Source: Chromera velia (taxonomy: Eukaryota). From it: a stretch of 54,551 bases of DNA. The position numbers were made by a program, and so were the translations under genes. This document shows positions 1-14,800 of this stretch, one piece after another (position 1 is the stretch's first letter; each line of letters starts with the position of its first letter). The notes below the pieces were generated by a model. That model was not told the DNA's origin. It searched no databases and was given only the letters and a program-made list of their open reading frames with translations. The stretch is taken from contig JAHBMJ010000158.1 in the NCBI GenBank assembly GCA_018398765.1, positions 1-54,551 on the forward strand, in the 5' to 3' direction.

Positions 1-716
1 CCCCGGGCCCCCCTCTCTCTCTCCCTCCCCCCCCCTCTCTCTCTCTCTGCCTGTGTGCCTCTTTTAAATTGCTTCTCTGTCTGTCTGTTTCTCTATTTTT
101 TTGGTTCTTTCTCTCCTGTTTTTACTGCGTATTGCTGCGTATACGTGAGAATGCGCCAACGGACGTTATATAAAGATGCCATTGGGCAGAGGTGCTTGGA
201 AAAAAACTTTGTCTAGTCGAAACAATACATGAATTTGATGAAAATTCATGCCCTGCATACTCAAGCCCGCTCTATGCAAAATATCTTGATTTCAATCACC
301 ATTTAGATGTCTAGTTTGCAGACCATGTTGTGGATCGCGTTGTTTTGATGCCTTATTTTATTTATATAACTGGAATAAACTAGAGAAGGGTTGTGTGGGG
401 TCGAATATCCCATGGTGGTGCTCCTCCTTCCAGTTTGGAAGTGCATGATCCAAAAGCCTGCCATTATATCGCTTTTGGATCAATAATTATATCATATCAG
501 GCTTTTAGACCGCTGCCAGTGTTGACATACACAAATAGTTATGAAAAGAACGGACAAACTCACCTGAAACTTTTTGTTGTAAGCTAGTTTTGATGTAGTA
601 TTTCAACTTATAAAAATAGTTAGAATAGTTGAATAGTTAGTTTCAACCTATAAAAATAGTTAAAATTTATATTAATAGTTGAATAGTTATTATTTTCACT
701 ACTTTTTATGTGTAAC

Positions 717-1517
717 TGATGATGATGATGATGAGGTGACTTAACCCGCCAGCCATCATATCCCAATAACAAAGGGCAGTCTGTGAGCATTCATGCCATA
801 TTGCAAGCTAGGAGCACGCTAGCGAATGCTCACCTAAAATGGCTGAACTTTAGGACTACTAGCCAGCAAAACACTGCTCCCCAGGATCGATCAGTCTAGT
901 CCTAGACATGCAGCAATGAGGGCACTGGCCTTTCGGGCATCCCTCTGAAGAAGAAGCAAGAAGTACCGCCTTATCCGCTCCAGGGACCTCGGCCTGCCCT
1001 ACCCCCCTACCCCGTCGTCTCACCTGGGAGGCCGAACAAAATTAAGGAACTTGTATAAAAAAGGACTATCCTAAGCTTCAGACCCCCTTCTCCTTTTCAA
1101 CCGCGCGCAACGCTTTCCAAAGTCACTGTGTCTCAAGTGGGAGAGGACTTCTAGGGGGGGACCTGCTGGGCTACATTGTAAAAGCCTAACCAACTCCGCC
1201 GAATACCATACTCCCCAGGCGGCCGAGGGGGAAAACGCCCAGGAACCCTAACGTAGCCTTTAGATACCTAAAGGAAGACACTACAACACAGAAGATTCTA
1301 AAAAGAAAGAGATATCCAACAGCAAACACTAATGCAGCAGAAAAACCTCCGACCAGCCCTTTCCCCCCGAAAGACAAGTCACCTCAATCTATAGATCTCC
1401 CCTTACCTCACTTACATCTATCACCCATTCTCTCTCTGCACGTCTTAAGCTCAGCCTGTCCATCTCCACCTAACTGTGTTTGTTTTCTCTCTTCCTCCCT
1501 CTCCTTTCCTTCTCTCT

Positions 1518-1559
<42 letters not shown>

Positions 1560-2288
1560 CTCTCTCTCTCTTTATATATATATATGTATATGTGTGTGTG
1601 TATATGTGTATATATGCATATGTGTAGAACAATGCCTTTCTGTCTCTTTCCCCCCCTTTCTCTCATCTTCTCCCCTTGGACTCTCTTTTTTTCCTTCTTA
1701 TTTCTTTCTCTGTTTCTATACATCTTAAGTGCGGGCATGGATCTCCGCATACGAGGTGCTGGCACCACCAGGCCCTACCTGGTCGGAGGCTGATCCTCGC
1801 CTCACTTGAAAGTCTGTCTGTCCATGTCTATCGGTCCATCGTCTCGGTCTCTCTCAACAACGACCATCCCAACCCACTGGCTCTCCTTAGATGGACAACA
1901 AGCAAACAGAGAAGAAAGGAAGCAGACTTGGCCGCCGAGCAATTCTGATGGCTTGGCATGCATGACATTGTTTCTTCATCTGACACCTCCCCCNCCCAAA
2001 AGCGATGAGAAACAGGAAAAGGAGAAAAAGAGTCTTAAAAGAGAGAAAAAGAAATAAAGAAAGAAATACATAGAACAGAAAAGAGAAAAACAGAGAAGAT
2101 CGATCCCGTGGTATGAGCTTGAGACAGGTCAGTGATGCATAAGGCCCCGCTCCGGTGACTGCCCACTCTTTTTCTCTCATTCATAGTCTCAGGCTCTACA
2201 TCCTACCCCAAGCCACCCTGTTTTTTTTCCCCCTCTCTCTTCTTCTTCTTTCTTCTCTCTCTCTCTCTCTCTCTCTTATTCTCTGTGT

Positions 2289-2326
<38 letters not shown>

Positions 2327-2400
2327 CACCATGTATGTGTGTGTATATATATGTGTGTATGTGTGTGTGTGTGTGTGTGTATGTGTGTGTGTGTGTGTGT

Positions 2401-2439
<39 letters not shown>

Positions 2440-2552
2440 TGTGTGTGCATGTGTGTGTGTGTGTGTGTAACACTATGTGTGTATGTGTGTATATATATGT
2501 GTATGTGTGTGTGTGTGTATGTGTGTGTGTGTGTATGTGTGTGTGTGTATGT

Positions 2553-2615
<63 letters not shown>

Positions 2616-4010
2616 TGTGTGTGTATGTGTATGTGTGTGTGTATCTGTGTGTGTGTGGAGAAAAGAGGTCCCGAAAGGGAGAAATAAAAAAGAAATACAG
2701 AGAGAAACAAAAAGAGAAAAATACAAAAGATCAATCTCATGGTACGAGCCTGAGAAAAAGGCAGGCAAGGATGTGATTCCCCCCAGGCCCACACTGGGAC
2801 TCAAGAAGGCACACTTATGACATGTCCTTGCTATGCCGTCTCGTCCCTCCCCCTGGCCGTCTCCGCTCAGCAACACGACGAGATCCCCGCACAGTCCCTG
2901 CCCCACCCCCTCCTCCTCCCCCCAACTCCATCCCCAGCCCATCCATCTATTCCGTTAGTCCCTTCATCCTTGCCTCTACCCTCTTTCCCTCCACCCGGGA
3001 GTAGAAGCCCCACCTCATCCCCGTCGTCGCCCCACGGAGGGCCTCCACCAGAAAAGACTTGGTGATAGGGCCGTCGGGAGCACTCACGGAGACGGAAGGA
3101 GAAAAAAGTTAGAGACAGGGCCAAGAAGCCACAGTTACCGTAGCCTCAGGAGTGACGTCAGCTTCCCGTAAAACGCCAACACCCTCCCCGTCCCCTCCCT
3201 CCGTCTGCAAGACTTAGTCAGGCCGTGCACCCCCATCCACTCACCCGCTCACCCCCCCCTTCTCGCTCTCTTCATCCCGCCCTGAGCTACCCTGTATAGG
3301 CCTTCCCACCTGTACCGCTGCGCCCTGCCCACCTGGGATGTTGACTCAAACGTCAACCTTCCCGTGGGATCCAAAACCACGACCCTGGGGCGCTGACAGA
3401 AGCAGCAGCCGGCGTGAACCTCTGAAGGCGCTCAACGAGGTCTGTTTGGATACCCTGATGAGAGTCCTATGGAAGACCTAGAAGAAGAAACGGATTTATG
3501 AAAAGGGCAAAACCCCGTCTCCGTCTCTGTCTCTGGGGGGTGCCTATCGTCTAACCCGTTCTCCTTCGACGTTCATTCCAGAAACTGGCTGTAAGAAAGT
3601 TTTGCCCCCCGGCGTCGCTTCCGACAGGCAGACAGAGGTTTATCATGACTTGCAGGTACAAAGTTCATCTTCTTGAGGAGAGAGGCACAAACGAAAACAG
3701 AGGAGGAAAATTTAGTCAGAACGGCCTCAGTCGTCGGGAAGCATGACTTCAAAAGCCGCTCAGCAGTAGGCAGAAGACGTGTCGTAATCTTTTCAGCAAG
3801 AACCACTCTTGTTTCAGGTTTCATGGTCATCATCGTTATCTGAGCAGACTCTCAACACAAAACGAGAAGCCTGGAACGCGCTCAGAAGAGGAGCTCAAAC
3901 GAGACTGATACTCAACCAAAAGCTTTCAAAAAACCTCGAATGAGTTTCCCTCTCAGAGCCTGAGTGTACTCTTATCCGAGCAAGCGGTTTCGGTAAAACC
4001 CGAATTCCAC
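717..4010 (-). mobile_element. Heavily decayed LINE-like non-LTR retrotransposon (ORF1 start, APE and RT remnants), invaded by microsatellites
   Basis: Minus-strand fragments in LINE order: ORF 3573-3833 (ORF1-like start); APE-like remnants VHGL (~3225), FLALSLT (~3120), LCGDL (~2890), FFSGSYHEIDLLYFS (~2740); RT-thumb-like VVSSFRYLKAT (~1270); CPHC (~920) and LAIWHE (~795); (CAT)n tail at 717-733. Motifs are degenerate, so the call is tentative. Confidence 0.45.
2283..2656. repeat. (GT)n/(GTAT) compound microsatellite
   Basis: Directly visible dinucleotide array; explains the His-Thr and Cys-Val ORFs. Confidence 0.97.
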
Positions 4011-5386
4011 AACTATGCAAATAGTTGTAAAAATAGTCAAAATAGTCAACTATTTTAACTATTTTCATAGTGGCCGACCGATAGATGATGATTCTAACGT
4101 TATAGGATTAAAAGTAATTAAAAGTCTTAAATTTAGAACCGGACTTAGTATTATAACCTATCCTTTCCTAAACTTACTAAAATCACCTCCAATAAATTTT
4201 ATACTGATGGGTCTGCTTGACCGGGTTCACTATTAAAGAGAATCATTCTTTAATCATCTTTGATCAGTTTAATTATATTATAATGTTATACGCTTAGAGT
4301 CTCTGTTTTTTTATAGAAAGTTAACATCGGACCCTGTTGGACGCTACTATCTCAAGTAATCTCAAGTTTTTTTTTGAGTCAAATTTTCATCCTTCAGTTC
4401 GCCTCCCCGTCTTTCGGGAACCTTATCATGCCTTATCGACCGATGAACCGACCAATCGATCGAGGAAGCCGATCGAACACCTAATCTAGCACCCAACTTC
4501 CATCCCCCCCCCCTCATCTTCCCCTTCCGACTTTGAGGATTCATTCAATCAATTTAAGACCCCCCTTTCCTTCCTTTGGAAAAGTGGAAGAAAGAGGAGA
4601 AAAAAGGAACCCGCGATTGAGGCCCCCCCCTTCCTCTTCTCCCTCTCATTCTTCTGTCCTGATTTTTTTGCCCTTGCAGCAAATCTGCGGAGAACTTCTG
4701 GAGAGAACAGAAACCGGTTCGCTCAAGAAAATGTGGACAACGACGCTCGATACCAATGCACACTCCAACTGCCTGTCTCGAACGTACTCCTCCCCTAATT
4801 TATGCCTGGATCTTTCTTTGTGACTCTTGCAGAGCTGGACCCTTTCCAGCGGCGACTGAAAGGGCGAGGTGCCCCCCGCCCCCACCCCCTTCGCCCCTCC
4901 CATGGATCGACTTCTCTCTTAATTCAAAAATTTTGTTCTTCATGGCATGGCAACACGTTGGTTGAACTCTTCCTTCCTTCCTTCATTGATTGTCCGTCAA
5001 CTAAAGAAGAAGTAAGGGAAAAACTTTACTTACAATCAGAGAAAGAAAAACGCACAGAAACAAACAAGGACTCCATGGATCTTCGCATGAACAAAGACAC
5101 ACACAAACAAGCAACAAACAAAGTAAAAGGCACCCAGGCGCATGTACTACCCCCGCCTTTTTCCATTGTCGCTGTTCCGTCCGCTCTTTCAACCTTCGCC
5201 CTTCCCTTTCTTTCCCCGACAGACTTCCCAGTCCCCCCAACATTTTCATGCACTCCCACCCAAGTCGGTCACTCCCTTATCGGACGCAAAGATGCATTTA
5301 TTCACTCATTCATTCCTCCATGCACTCAATCCAGGCGGAAGACGAAAAAGACAGGAGTGTATCAGAAAAGGGAAAACGAGTAGAGA

Positions 5387-5662
5387 GAAAAACTTCGCAA
5401 AAATAAAGATCCAAAGAGGAGTACCAGATAGAGAAAAGGATCGAGGAAGGAAAGAAAACAGGAAGACGGAACAGCAAAAACCTCACTCCTGCGCTCACTT
5501 ATATGAATGAATGGATCAATGTCGGAAAAACTTCGCAAAAATAAAGATCCAAAGAGGAGTACCAGATAGAGAAAAGGATCGAGGAAGGAAAGAAAACAGG
5601 AAGACGGAACAGCAAAAACCTCACTCCTGCGCTCACTTATATGAATGAATGGATCAATGTCG
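5387..5662. repeat. Exact tandem duplication, 138-bp unit x2, just downstream of the HECT gene stop
   Basis: GAAAAACTTCGCAAAAATAAAGATCC...GGATCAATGTCG begins at 5387 and again at 5525. Confidence 0.9.
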
Positions 5663-5798
5663 GACGGACAGACATGCGAGACGCAGCTGATTGAAGCTCG
5701 TCGAACTTGGTGACAGGCGAGATCCACAACTTGTTCTTGTCAATGTCAAGGAACGACTGACTGCTGACCGAGAGAGACAGAAAGATTCGAACGAATGA

Positions 5799-8700
5799 TC
5801 ACGAGAGCAAAAACGCGGCTTGTCCTTCCTCGATTGCCACCAGGAGTCTTTCCCTGAGCTTGTCCTTTGAGGAGTAAGAGGGAAGCTTCAGGTAGTTGGC
5901 ACAGGTCATCACTGAGGGCATAAACTTGTCCGCAGCGTCCGGACCTGAAGATCCAGAAGACCCTTCCTTCCTCACAACAGTTAACAGAGGCCTGCGTGCA
6001 GACCGTCAGAGCGGATCCAGGAAGGAGGGAAGGAAGACGATAAGCGAATGCCGTAGGACTCAAAAGGGACAAACGCGGAGAGGGTGATTGAACGAGGGAC
6101 CCTACTCAAATCAAGTGACATGGCCAGGGGAACTCAGAAAGGCTGAGAGAGAGACAGGCAGACAGAGAGGGCAGGAAGGGAGAGAAGGAAGGAAAAACCT
6201 GAGCGAGGGAAAAAAGGACTGGGCGCAAGAAAAAGGAAAGCAAACAGACACACAGGAGAACAGGCAGACAGTCGGGAAGAAAGTCGGCCAAAGAGAAAAA
6301 GAGAGAGAGGGAGAGTGGGGGGGGGGGGAGAAGATAACAAAAAGGAGATGGAAAGAAAGGGCGAACCGAAGAACGGAGGTACCAGGAAAAGCGGGCAAAA
6401 ATAAAACCAGAGCGGAAGGAGAAAGCAAGCCGACCTCAGTCCTGCAAACCCGCTAGCAGGCAGTACAGCCGCCCCTGTGACGAAAGAGAGGAACCTCCTC
6501 CTCTGGGTCCCATCAAGCTCAGACAAAACTTCCAAAAGGAAGCGGTAGGGTGCAGACTCGGGACCATACCTGCATGTAAATTGACATGCATATACACATT
6601 CGTATCGATAGATGCGCATGATTCCTTATGCATTCATGCTTATGCGTGTACTTTTCTCTGCATTGAAGGATTTTCTTCCCCCCGAGCAGAAAACCTTACA
6701 TTGACGGCTTTCGATGAATCTGACAACACCGTCAGATGGAGGACGAGCGTGTTTCTTGGAAGATCTTTGCCTTTTTCTCCCCCTTCCTCCCCATGCACCT
6801 ACCCACCCACCCGTGTGCAGGCTTGATGTATGCAGCCAGGTGTTCGACCTGCCAGAACCTGGAGTCTTCCAGAGACTCTCCGGACAGGAGACGCCCGGAG
6901 AGCTCACTGAAGGAGAACATACGACAAGAATCCAGCCCCAGGAGGCAGCGGAAACCTTCACGAAATGCCCACACCTGAAGACATGCGGAGAAAGAGAGAC
7001 ATGAGCTGAAACGAGAAAGAAAGCAGGAATGTCGACTAACTAAAAGAGTCTCCAGAAAGCCTCACAGAGACCTTTTTAAGGGACTCAATCGCTGATCTTG
7101 TTTCCATCTTTCTGAAAGTCAGGAAACGAACAAGGGACTTGCAAACGGATAGAAGGAAATGCGGCAAGAAGCAGATATATGAATGCATACAGACAGCGAA
7201 AAGAAATACAGACCTGCAGGCGGACTCCCTCCAGAAGCGCGGCCCATGCGACCCTCCGTGAGTACTCCTCTACGTCTCCGTCCTCTCCTGTGACCACCCG
7301 GTCGTCTCCTCCCTCCACCAAAAGATAGGGCCTGTCGGGGGGGGCACCTGCAGGCATATGCGTTCACAGTTGCAAGTAGGCGGGTGAATCTCTGAACCGA
7401 TGGATTGTTTTGTTTACCTCTTTTTTCTTTCCCCCTTTTGGCACGTACACATACGTTTCTCATTATCAATCTGAGGAGCTTTTCGAGGAGAGAATTCGTC
7501 TGGGTGAAACAACGTTAGACGGCCAAATACAGAATTTATGCTGATGAAACAAAATCAGCTTTTTTTCAGGCAGTCAAAGCGTCAGACAATCCTGGCTACC
7601 AACCAGGAAGAGTGAAGTCCACGCAAAGCATCTCCAGCTCCTCCCCTCTTGACCTCATCGCCTTCATCTTCTGGACGGAACGGCAAAATTCCGGATCAAC
7701 CTGCGACACACACACAGACATCGACGAGAAAGTGTTTTTGCGACCTATGTTGTCTGAAAGGATAGAGAGGACGACAGAAACGCAGGAAGAAGAAGAGGTG
7801 GGGGAAAAGAGGCGAGAAGAAAGAGGGAGAAAGCGAAAGGCGTATCTACAACTCTGTCTGCCTCTCTGTCTCTCTATTGTGTTTGCATTCGCCCTGCCCG
7901 CTGAATTTTTGCGCCTGCTAACATGCCTGTATATTTGATATACACGCAGAGGTGTTGTTTTCCTCTCAACTACTTATGTACCTACCTGTGCCATATCGCC
8001 CTCACTCAGAGGATTATCGTACACCCCCATCGCCAATCTCCAGAACAAGGGGTGCAGACGGAGGTCAACCAGTCGCCCATCCATCCAGCACTTCGCTGCC
8101 ACCAGACCCAAAAGTTTGAAGTGTTTGAACAATTGGGACTCAAAAGTCTCCTCTGAGGGCCCACGCGACGCCGCCGCGTCTTTCTCCAGACGTCCACTGG
8201 AGCCACGACGCGTGACGGGTGCACCAGAGCCGCCGCCACCTGAGCCTGAAGAACCGGATGGTGCGGGCGGCACCGGTGACTGTTGTGCACTTGCAGTGGG
8301 GGGTAGCTTGGCGGTGGGGGGGTCAACAACCGGTCGCGGTCCCCCCCCAGCCGTCCCGACCCCACCTGTTGTTGCGGCGGCGGAAGAGGGAGGGGGTGGA
8401 GACGGAGCCGCGAAGGACGACGGCGGTGGGCGTGAGGCTGCCATTATCCCGGCGACGCCGCTTGGGGCCTGTGCCGGCACAGGGGGAGAGGGTCGGGTGC
8501 TCCCACCGATCCCCCCAGCTGCCGCCGCCGCCGCCGCTGCCGCTGCTGCTGCCGGGCCTGTCTGTACGCCTGTGGGAGGTATCTCGTGGGAGAGGATGAC
8601 GGAGCGAGCAACGTTGAAGGGGTCACACCTGCAGAAGTAAAGGTGCGAAGAAAAGCATTTTCAGTGCCAAGTTTGCGTGAAAACGAGGTGTCTTCAGAGC

Positions 8701-8800
8701 CAGCTGGCCAAATTTGCTGATTCAACAAGCACAGAGAGGAGAAATGTTGTGAAAAGCCACACAGACACACTTAACACAGAGTCACAAACAGTCACACACA

Positions 8801-8839
<39 letters not shown>

Positions 8840-11800
8840 AGAGAGTGAGAGAGAGAGAGCCTACAATAGACATGCAACGGCCACACACACAACCTACAAT
8901 AGACATGCAACGGCCACACAGACAACCTACAAGAGACAACGACAAAGCTGATGCATGCAGCTGAAACGAGGTAGGCAGACAGACATATTCCTAAATACAG
9001 ACGTGCAGGTCTCTCAATGCACTGACAGGAACACACGCACGGACGTACCTGTACGCCATTGGGAAAAGATACCCCTCCGGCACGCCCTCTCTGAACAGAG
9101 GGGGGTCCTTCTTCTCTCTCAAGAGATCCATAACCTGCACTCAAGTACACCCACAAAGAAAAACCACAAGACACGAAAAATGTCCCACTATATCTCGAAA
9201 AAAGACGTCCACTCTGATGCACAGTACCAGTGTCCATGTCAATGGAACACAGCGGAGAAAAATCAAGAACAGCAGGTCTGAAGGACGCTCATTGACTCGC
9301 CCACTCCCCTTCCAACTCACCTGAGCATAGAACTCCAGCGTGGGCCCCGACCCTGTTCCGACCTCATTGAAGTACTCAATTTCCAGCAGGGAGGCCTGCT
9401 TGGGGGCTGCGAAACCGTTCATCACCTGCAGCCAGCAGGACCCACGGCAGTCAGGGAAGGGGGAATGGAGGGAGGGGAGCAGGAGGGGGAAAGAATCACA
9501 AAACCGTACCCGGGTGGAATAAAAAAGTAGAATTAAAATGACACTCAACCTTTAAAGGTGGAACAGAGAAGCAAAAGGAGGCAGACAGTCAGACCAACAC
9601 AACCTCTACAATGTGTATGGAGGGGAAAGGGGTAAACACATCAGCTTCCCGCTCCAAACTGCTACTTCGATTTCTGTCCCTCTTTTGTTTACTTCCCGCC
9701 ATCGTCTTTCCTTCAAGACAGACAGTAGTGGAAAAAACCCAACCCTCTGGCTGCTGACCTTCCAGGCAGAATCCAAAAGGCGATTTCTCGCGATTCGCAC
9801 CTTCTGACGGGGGAGGGCCGTCACCTGCATGCGCCCATTCAAATAATCAGGGAGGGAGTGCGTAGCCACACACATCTACATTGTGGGAGTAAGCAGGTTG
9901 ATGCGAATGAGAACAAGCATCTATACACTTTATGTTTCAGACGAAGGAGGAACCTGGAAGGCAACCACCTCTACGCCAATCTCCTGAGCACGCGCAAAAC
10001 ATGCATGCCAGATGGAACGGTGAATACCGAAACAGGGTGCCTGAGAACCGCAACCAAACGAGCTGATGAAAATAAACAACCTCAAATGTCTGCCCTCATT
10101 TTCACGCTGAAGTAAGTGAGGTGCGGCACAGAAAAGCGCACGCAATTGTTCTTTTCCTTTTTCTACGTACATGCACGCAAGCCGGAATAGTCCAATAGGA
10201 AGAGAAGAGCACAGACTAAAAAAGCAATCCACTTTCTGACAAACCTACAGACCCACCCACCTGCATAACGTCCTGGAGCGTCTCTGTGACCCTCTTTGCG
10301 AGTGCAGACCCAGAAGCCTCACCTCCACCTCCGAAGCCGCTCCCTGCCCCGCCCGCAGCCCCTACACCAAGAAGAGACTGCAGGATTGCCGTCTCGCTTG
10401 CCGTAATGGCAGCGCCAGAGAGAGCGCCTGATCCACCACTCGCTGCCACTGGGGCCCCTGCCCCGCCCCGTGGTTGCCCCGCGCTCAGGTTGTCGCTGTT
10501 TGGTGAGGGGGAGGGGGCGTTTGTGGGAGATGGGGGGGACGCCCGAGGGGAAGATGCGGCGGCGCCTGCAACTCCCAATCCCAGCACTGTGCCCCTTCCC
10601 TGGTCTCTCTGCCCAGAGGCACTAGGGGGCGCCGCCGCATCCTGGACGCGCGTAGAAAACGCGGCCAACGCACGCGATGGGCCCTGTCCGAGATATTGAT
10701 GGAGACGCTTTCGCACCTCCATCGGGAAAAGGAAGGGACAGCAGACGGCAAGACGGGAAAGCCAGGCAGGCACTGTGCCTGAACAGACAACAAGAGGGTC
10801 GCAAAGTTGACGCACTGACTTGACAGTCAGCGCCGGAGAGCAAAACATCTCAGAAAGGTCAATGGACAGAGGAAGACGCGGCATCGCAGAAAACGATCCT
10901 GTCGAGATTCCTCCCCCCCCCCCTCCTTTGCTTGTTGCAAGCTTACTCCCACTCTTGCTAGCTAGTCGAGAGATACTGGGCCCCGGCACCGCTGTGTCTA
11001 CAATTCCTGATTCACCGTCCCCGTCTCCGTTCTTGACCTCAATTTCCATCTGCACAACACCCTCAGTCTGAACGACCCCGCTCTCTGCTTCAGCACCATC
11101 GGACAGTGCAACCACTGCCGCTGCCCGTTGAGCAAATGAGCACAACGCGTGCAGGGCAAACAGTAGTTGCAAGAGAGCTGCGAGGTCCTCGTCCCCGCCC
11201 AAAACGTCAGCCTCCCGCCGGAGAGGCGCAGGAAGGAGGGGCCGTCCGTCAGACGATACCAGAGCACCGCCAGAAAGGAGGGACGAGCTGATTGCCACAC
11301 CTGCTTTATCTCTGCTCCCGTTTGAACTGCCACGCGTGACATTCAAACCAGAGAGTGCACTCGCAGGACCTGAGCTTGATACGGATGCTGCTTGGTTCTT
11401 TTCCTTCTCTCTCTGTTCCTTCTCTTTCTTGGATCCAAACACGTCCAGCAACACTCGACGAAGACGCCCAGCTTCCTTTTCGGCTGTCTCTCCATCACCC
11501 TCCGAGGCCCCAACATTTTTGAGTGCCTTCTTCAGCGCTCTCTTTTTTTGCGAGAACGAAGCGGAGGCAGACGTGAGGGGAGAGGTCAGGTGGGCGTGAC
11601 TGCGGATCCAGGCGTCCCCTCCTCTGAGGAACTCAACACGTCCGGCAACTTCCAAAATCTGGGCTACCAGACGTGAAGTCTCAGACACAAGGGGTGGGGT
11701 GCAAGAGGTGGAGTCCTTCCCTTTCTCTTCTGCCTGACTGCTGGAGGAGCTAGACAAAGAGGGGGCAGAGAAGGACGAAATGGGGGTGGTCGAGAAAGGG

Positions 11801-14800
11801 AGGGCTGAAAAAAGATCTGGAGGAAGCAGGGACTGCGGATCTCTCTCCTTCTCCGGCACTCCTTTTTTCTCTTTTTCCTTCTCCCCTTGAGAATCCCTTC
11901 CTGCCCCCTTTGCCTTTGAGGTCCCCTCGGCGTGTTCGAATGTGTCAATTGAGAAGCGGAGACGGTGCACAGAGACAGCAGAAGAGGGCATGTATGACTG
12001 GAAAAGAGCGGCAGCTCCAGCCTGTCGAGAGGCACTCAAACCAGTCTGGCGTTGCTGCTGTTTCTGCTGTTCGCTTTGGTGAAGAACTAGGAACCGAAGC
12101 GGCCGATCCTCAGAGGGCACACTCACAGAGACCCCCCCAATGGAATTGGATTCCTTTTCCTCTTTTGTCGCACTCCTTCCCTCCCCGTCCAGAGGGGATT
12201 CCCCCCGCGTCTCTCTGCTCTGCTCCCCCGACTGGACACTGGCTGCAGCTGCGAGGGGTTGCCCTCCGGCGGGAGCGGGTTGGCTGAGCATTGCTTCTTC
12301 TCTGGAAGCAGTAGGAGCACCTGCTTCGTCTTTATTCGAGGGGGAGGAAGACGGAATAGAGACAGGAAGAAGATCCAGTGTGTCAGGAATGAGGGGGGGG
12401 CGGTAGCCTCGAGGAGCCCCGGCACCGTCTCTGTCTCCTCCCACACCGTAACCGAGACTCTGCGAGAGAGAGGAACCACCGTACTTGACTACGGCTTCCA
12501 ACATCGAAATCTGCGGAGGTAGGGGGACCCCGTTCAAATGGAGTTGGACAAATAGACGCCCATTTGCATCTTTCTCCTTTTCTTTTTCTTTTTGATCTTT
12601 CGGATAGTCTGTCTCCTTCTCCGTTTCCTTCTCCTGTGCTGCTGCAGAAGCAGAGGAAGAGGAAGATGACGAGGAAGAAGATGGCTTTGATTGTCCTCCC
12701 CTCGCTTGGGATGACTTCGACTTCTGTTCAAGAAGCGTGGCGAGACGTGGGACGATTTTGGACCCTGCAGTCGCGACTTTCCTTGCCGTCTCGGCGTCGG
12801 TCTCCTTCTTTGACGACGCTGAGGGTGAAGTCCTCGCAGAAGTCACGAGGGAACTCGCATGCCTGCAAGTGGAGACGGGCATCGATCAAGGACATGCAGG
12901 CAAACACGGGCTTTACACATTGAGATGTGATGCATTTGAATAGAATCTAAGATCAGAGAAGCGAAAGAGGGAGAAAGGAACCCGGAAACGAAGCACCAGA
13001 GAAGAAGCATACTTTTACATATCTACCGAACAACTCTTTTTTCTGGCCAGAACTTCGAGAAGGATTCATTGACTCCAAAGAACAAAAGCCGGAACCCATG
13101 CAGGGAATTCAGCTGGGCAAGAGAGAAGATGGAGGCCGATCCTAAACCCTCCTAAATGACGGCACAGAAAAGCCGACAGACAACAACGCACATATAGTAG
13201 AATTGAATGTAACCTGGATAAATACGTCACACACAGAATTTGGTATAACACAAGTGCCTGACCTTCGGAGCTCGTCAAGGACGGCGTTGAGAAGTTCTCG
13301 TTCTCCCTTCCTTCCAGGGAACACGAGCCCCCCAACATCAGGCAAATCCTTCCCCCCATCATCATCGTCACTCTCCCCCCCATCATCCTCATCCTCCTCG
13401 TCGTCCCCGCCGCCTGCCCGTGCGGCAGTCGGAGGTACGATGGCGCGGGAGAGTGCCATGGGGCGACCGCCTAGCGACCCGCCACCATCTAATGAGGAAG
13501 GATCGACCTCTGCCCCCCCTCTCACCAATCGGCCCAAGTGCATCAACATCTCCGCTTCCTCTTCCTCACCCTCAAACTCTTCCTCATCCTCATCCTCGTC
13601 AAATGAAGCAGAAGGACCCCCACCAATCGTACGCGCAGCTCTCACGCGTCCCAAGGAAGCCTCGAGTCTGTCCTCACCTCCGTCTCCTTCACCATCTCGG
13701 TCCTCTTCATCGTCCTCGTCCATCACCTCATCCTCCTCTTCTTCCTCAAACGCACCACTGTCACCCATCCCATCCTCTCCTTCTCCGTCTTTCGGGGACC
13801 CATCCGACATCACTGCAGACCCTTCCGCCCCCGACACACTAGGACCAGGCGCCGCACTATCATCCTCACCCTCAGGTGGGCCTGCAGCATCGTCCAGATC
13901 CATGGGGGCGGCCTGACCTTCCTCCTCAACTGGGGCGCCGCCGCCACCCTCTGCTGAGCTCATGTCAACGTCTCCGCCCTCCCCCTCCCCTCTGGGTGGG
14001 GGTGCGGCGTCCTCTCCTCCGCTCGATGCGGGCGCATCAGGGGAAGAAGAGGAAGCGGCGGGAACAGCCGGCGCGCTGTCTGTCAGAGCCAGCGGTGGGG
14101 AGGCAGCCGCAGCAGCCGCAGCTGCAGGGGCCTCCGGACTTTTGTCTGTTAACTTCAGCAGGTCAGAGGCACGGCTTTTTGAGGATCCCGACAACGAACT
14201 CTTCCCTTTACGGTCACCCTCCTTTTCTTTGCTCTTTGAATCTTTCGTGCGCTTCTGAGCACTTTCCTTTCCAGCGGCTGCTGCTGCTGCTGCCGACGCA
14301 GCAACAGATGCTGCCGTGGCACTATTGATTCTTTCAGAGACGAACCGTTCGAGGGCCGCAACGGACGCGAGGGGCTCTACAGCAACAGTGACCTCTCCCG
14401 GAATCTCAGCAATGCCTGCTGCACGACCCTCAGAGACACTCATGTTGAGAGACACGGCAGGGCTCTGCATATCTGAAGAAGACCCTCCAAACCCATAACG
14501 ACCTCCGTATCCTCCCCCATAAGGGTTGGAAGAGGATGGAGAAGCCCCAGGGTGGCCAGTTAGACTCTTCCAGAAGCCAATTCGACTGGGGGGGTTTCCA
14601 GAACAGAGGGGAAATCTCAGGGCTCTCCTGAGTTTTTTCAATGCAGATCGAAGAGAATCGAGCTTCTTTTCCTCAATCTCTGTTTCCTCGTCTTTCTTTT
14701 TCTTCGCCCCCCCGCTTCTCTGACTGTTCTCGTTTTCGTCTTCCTTCAAAATTGCGTCAAGCAACGCTTCAAGCGCCGGGGACAGTGCATTGGAGGTGGT

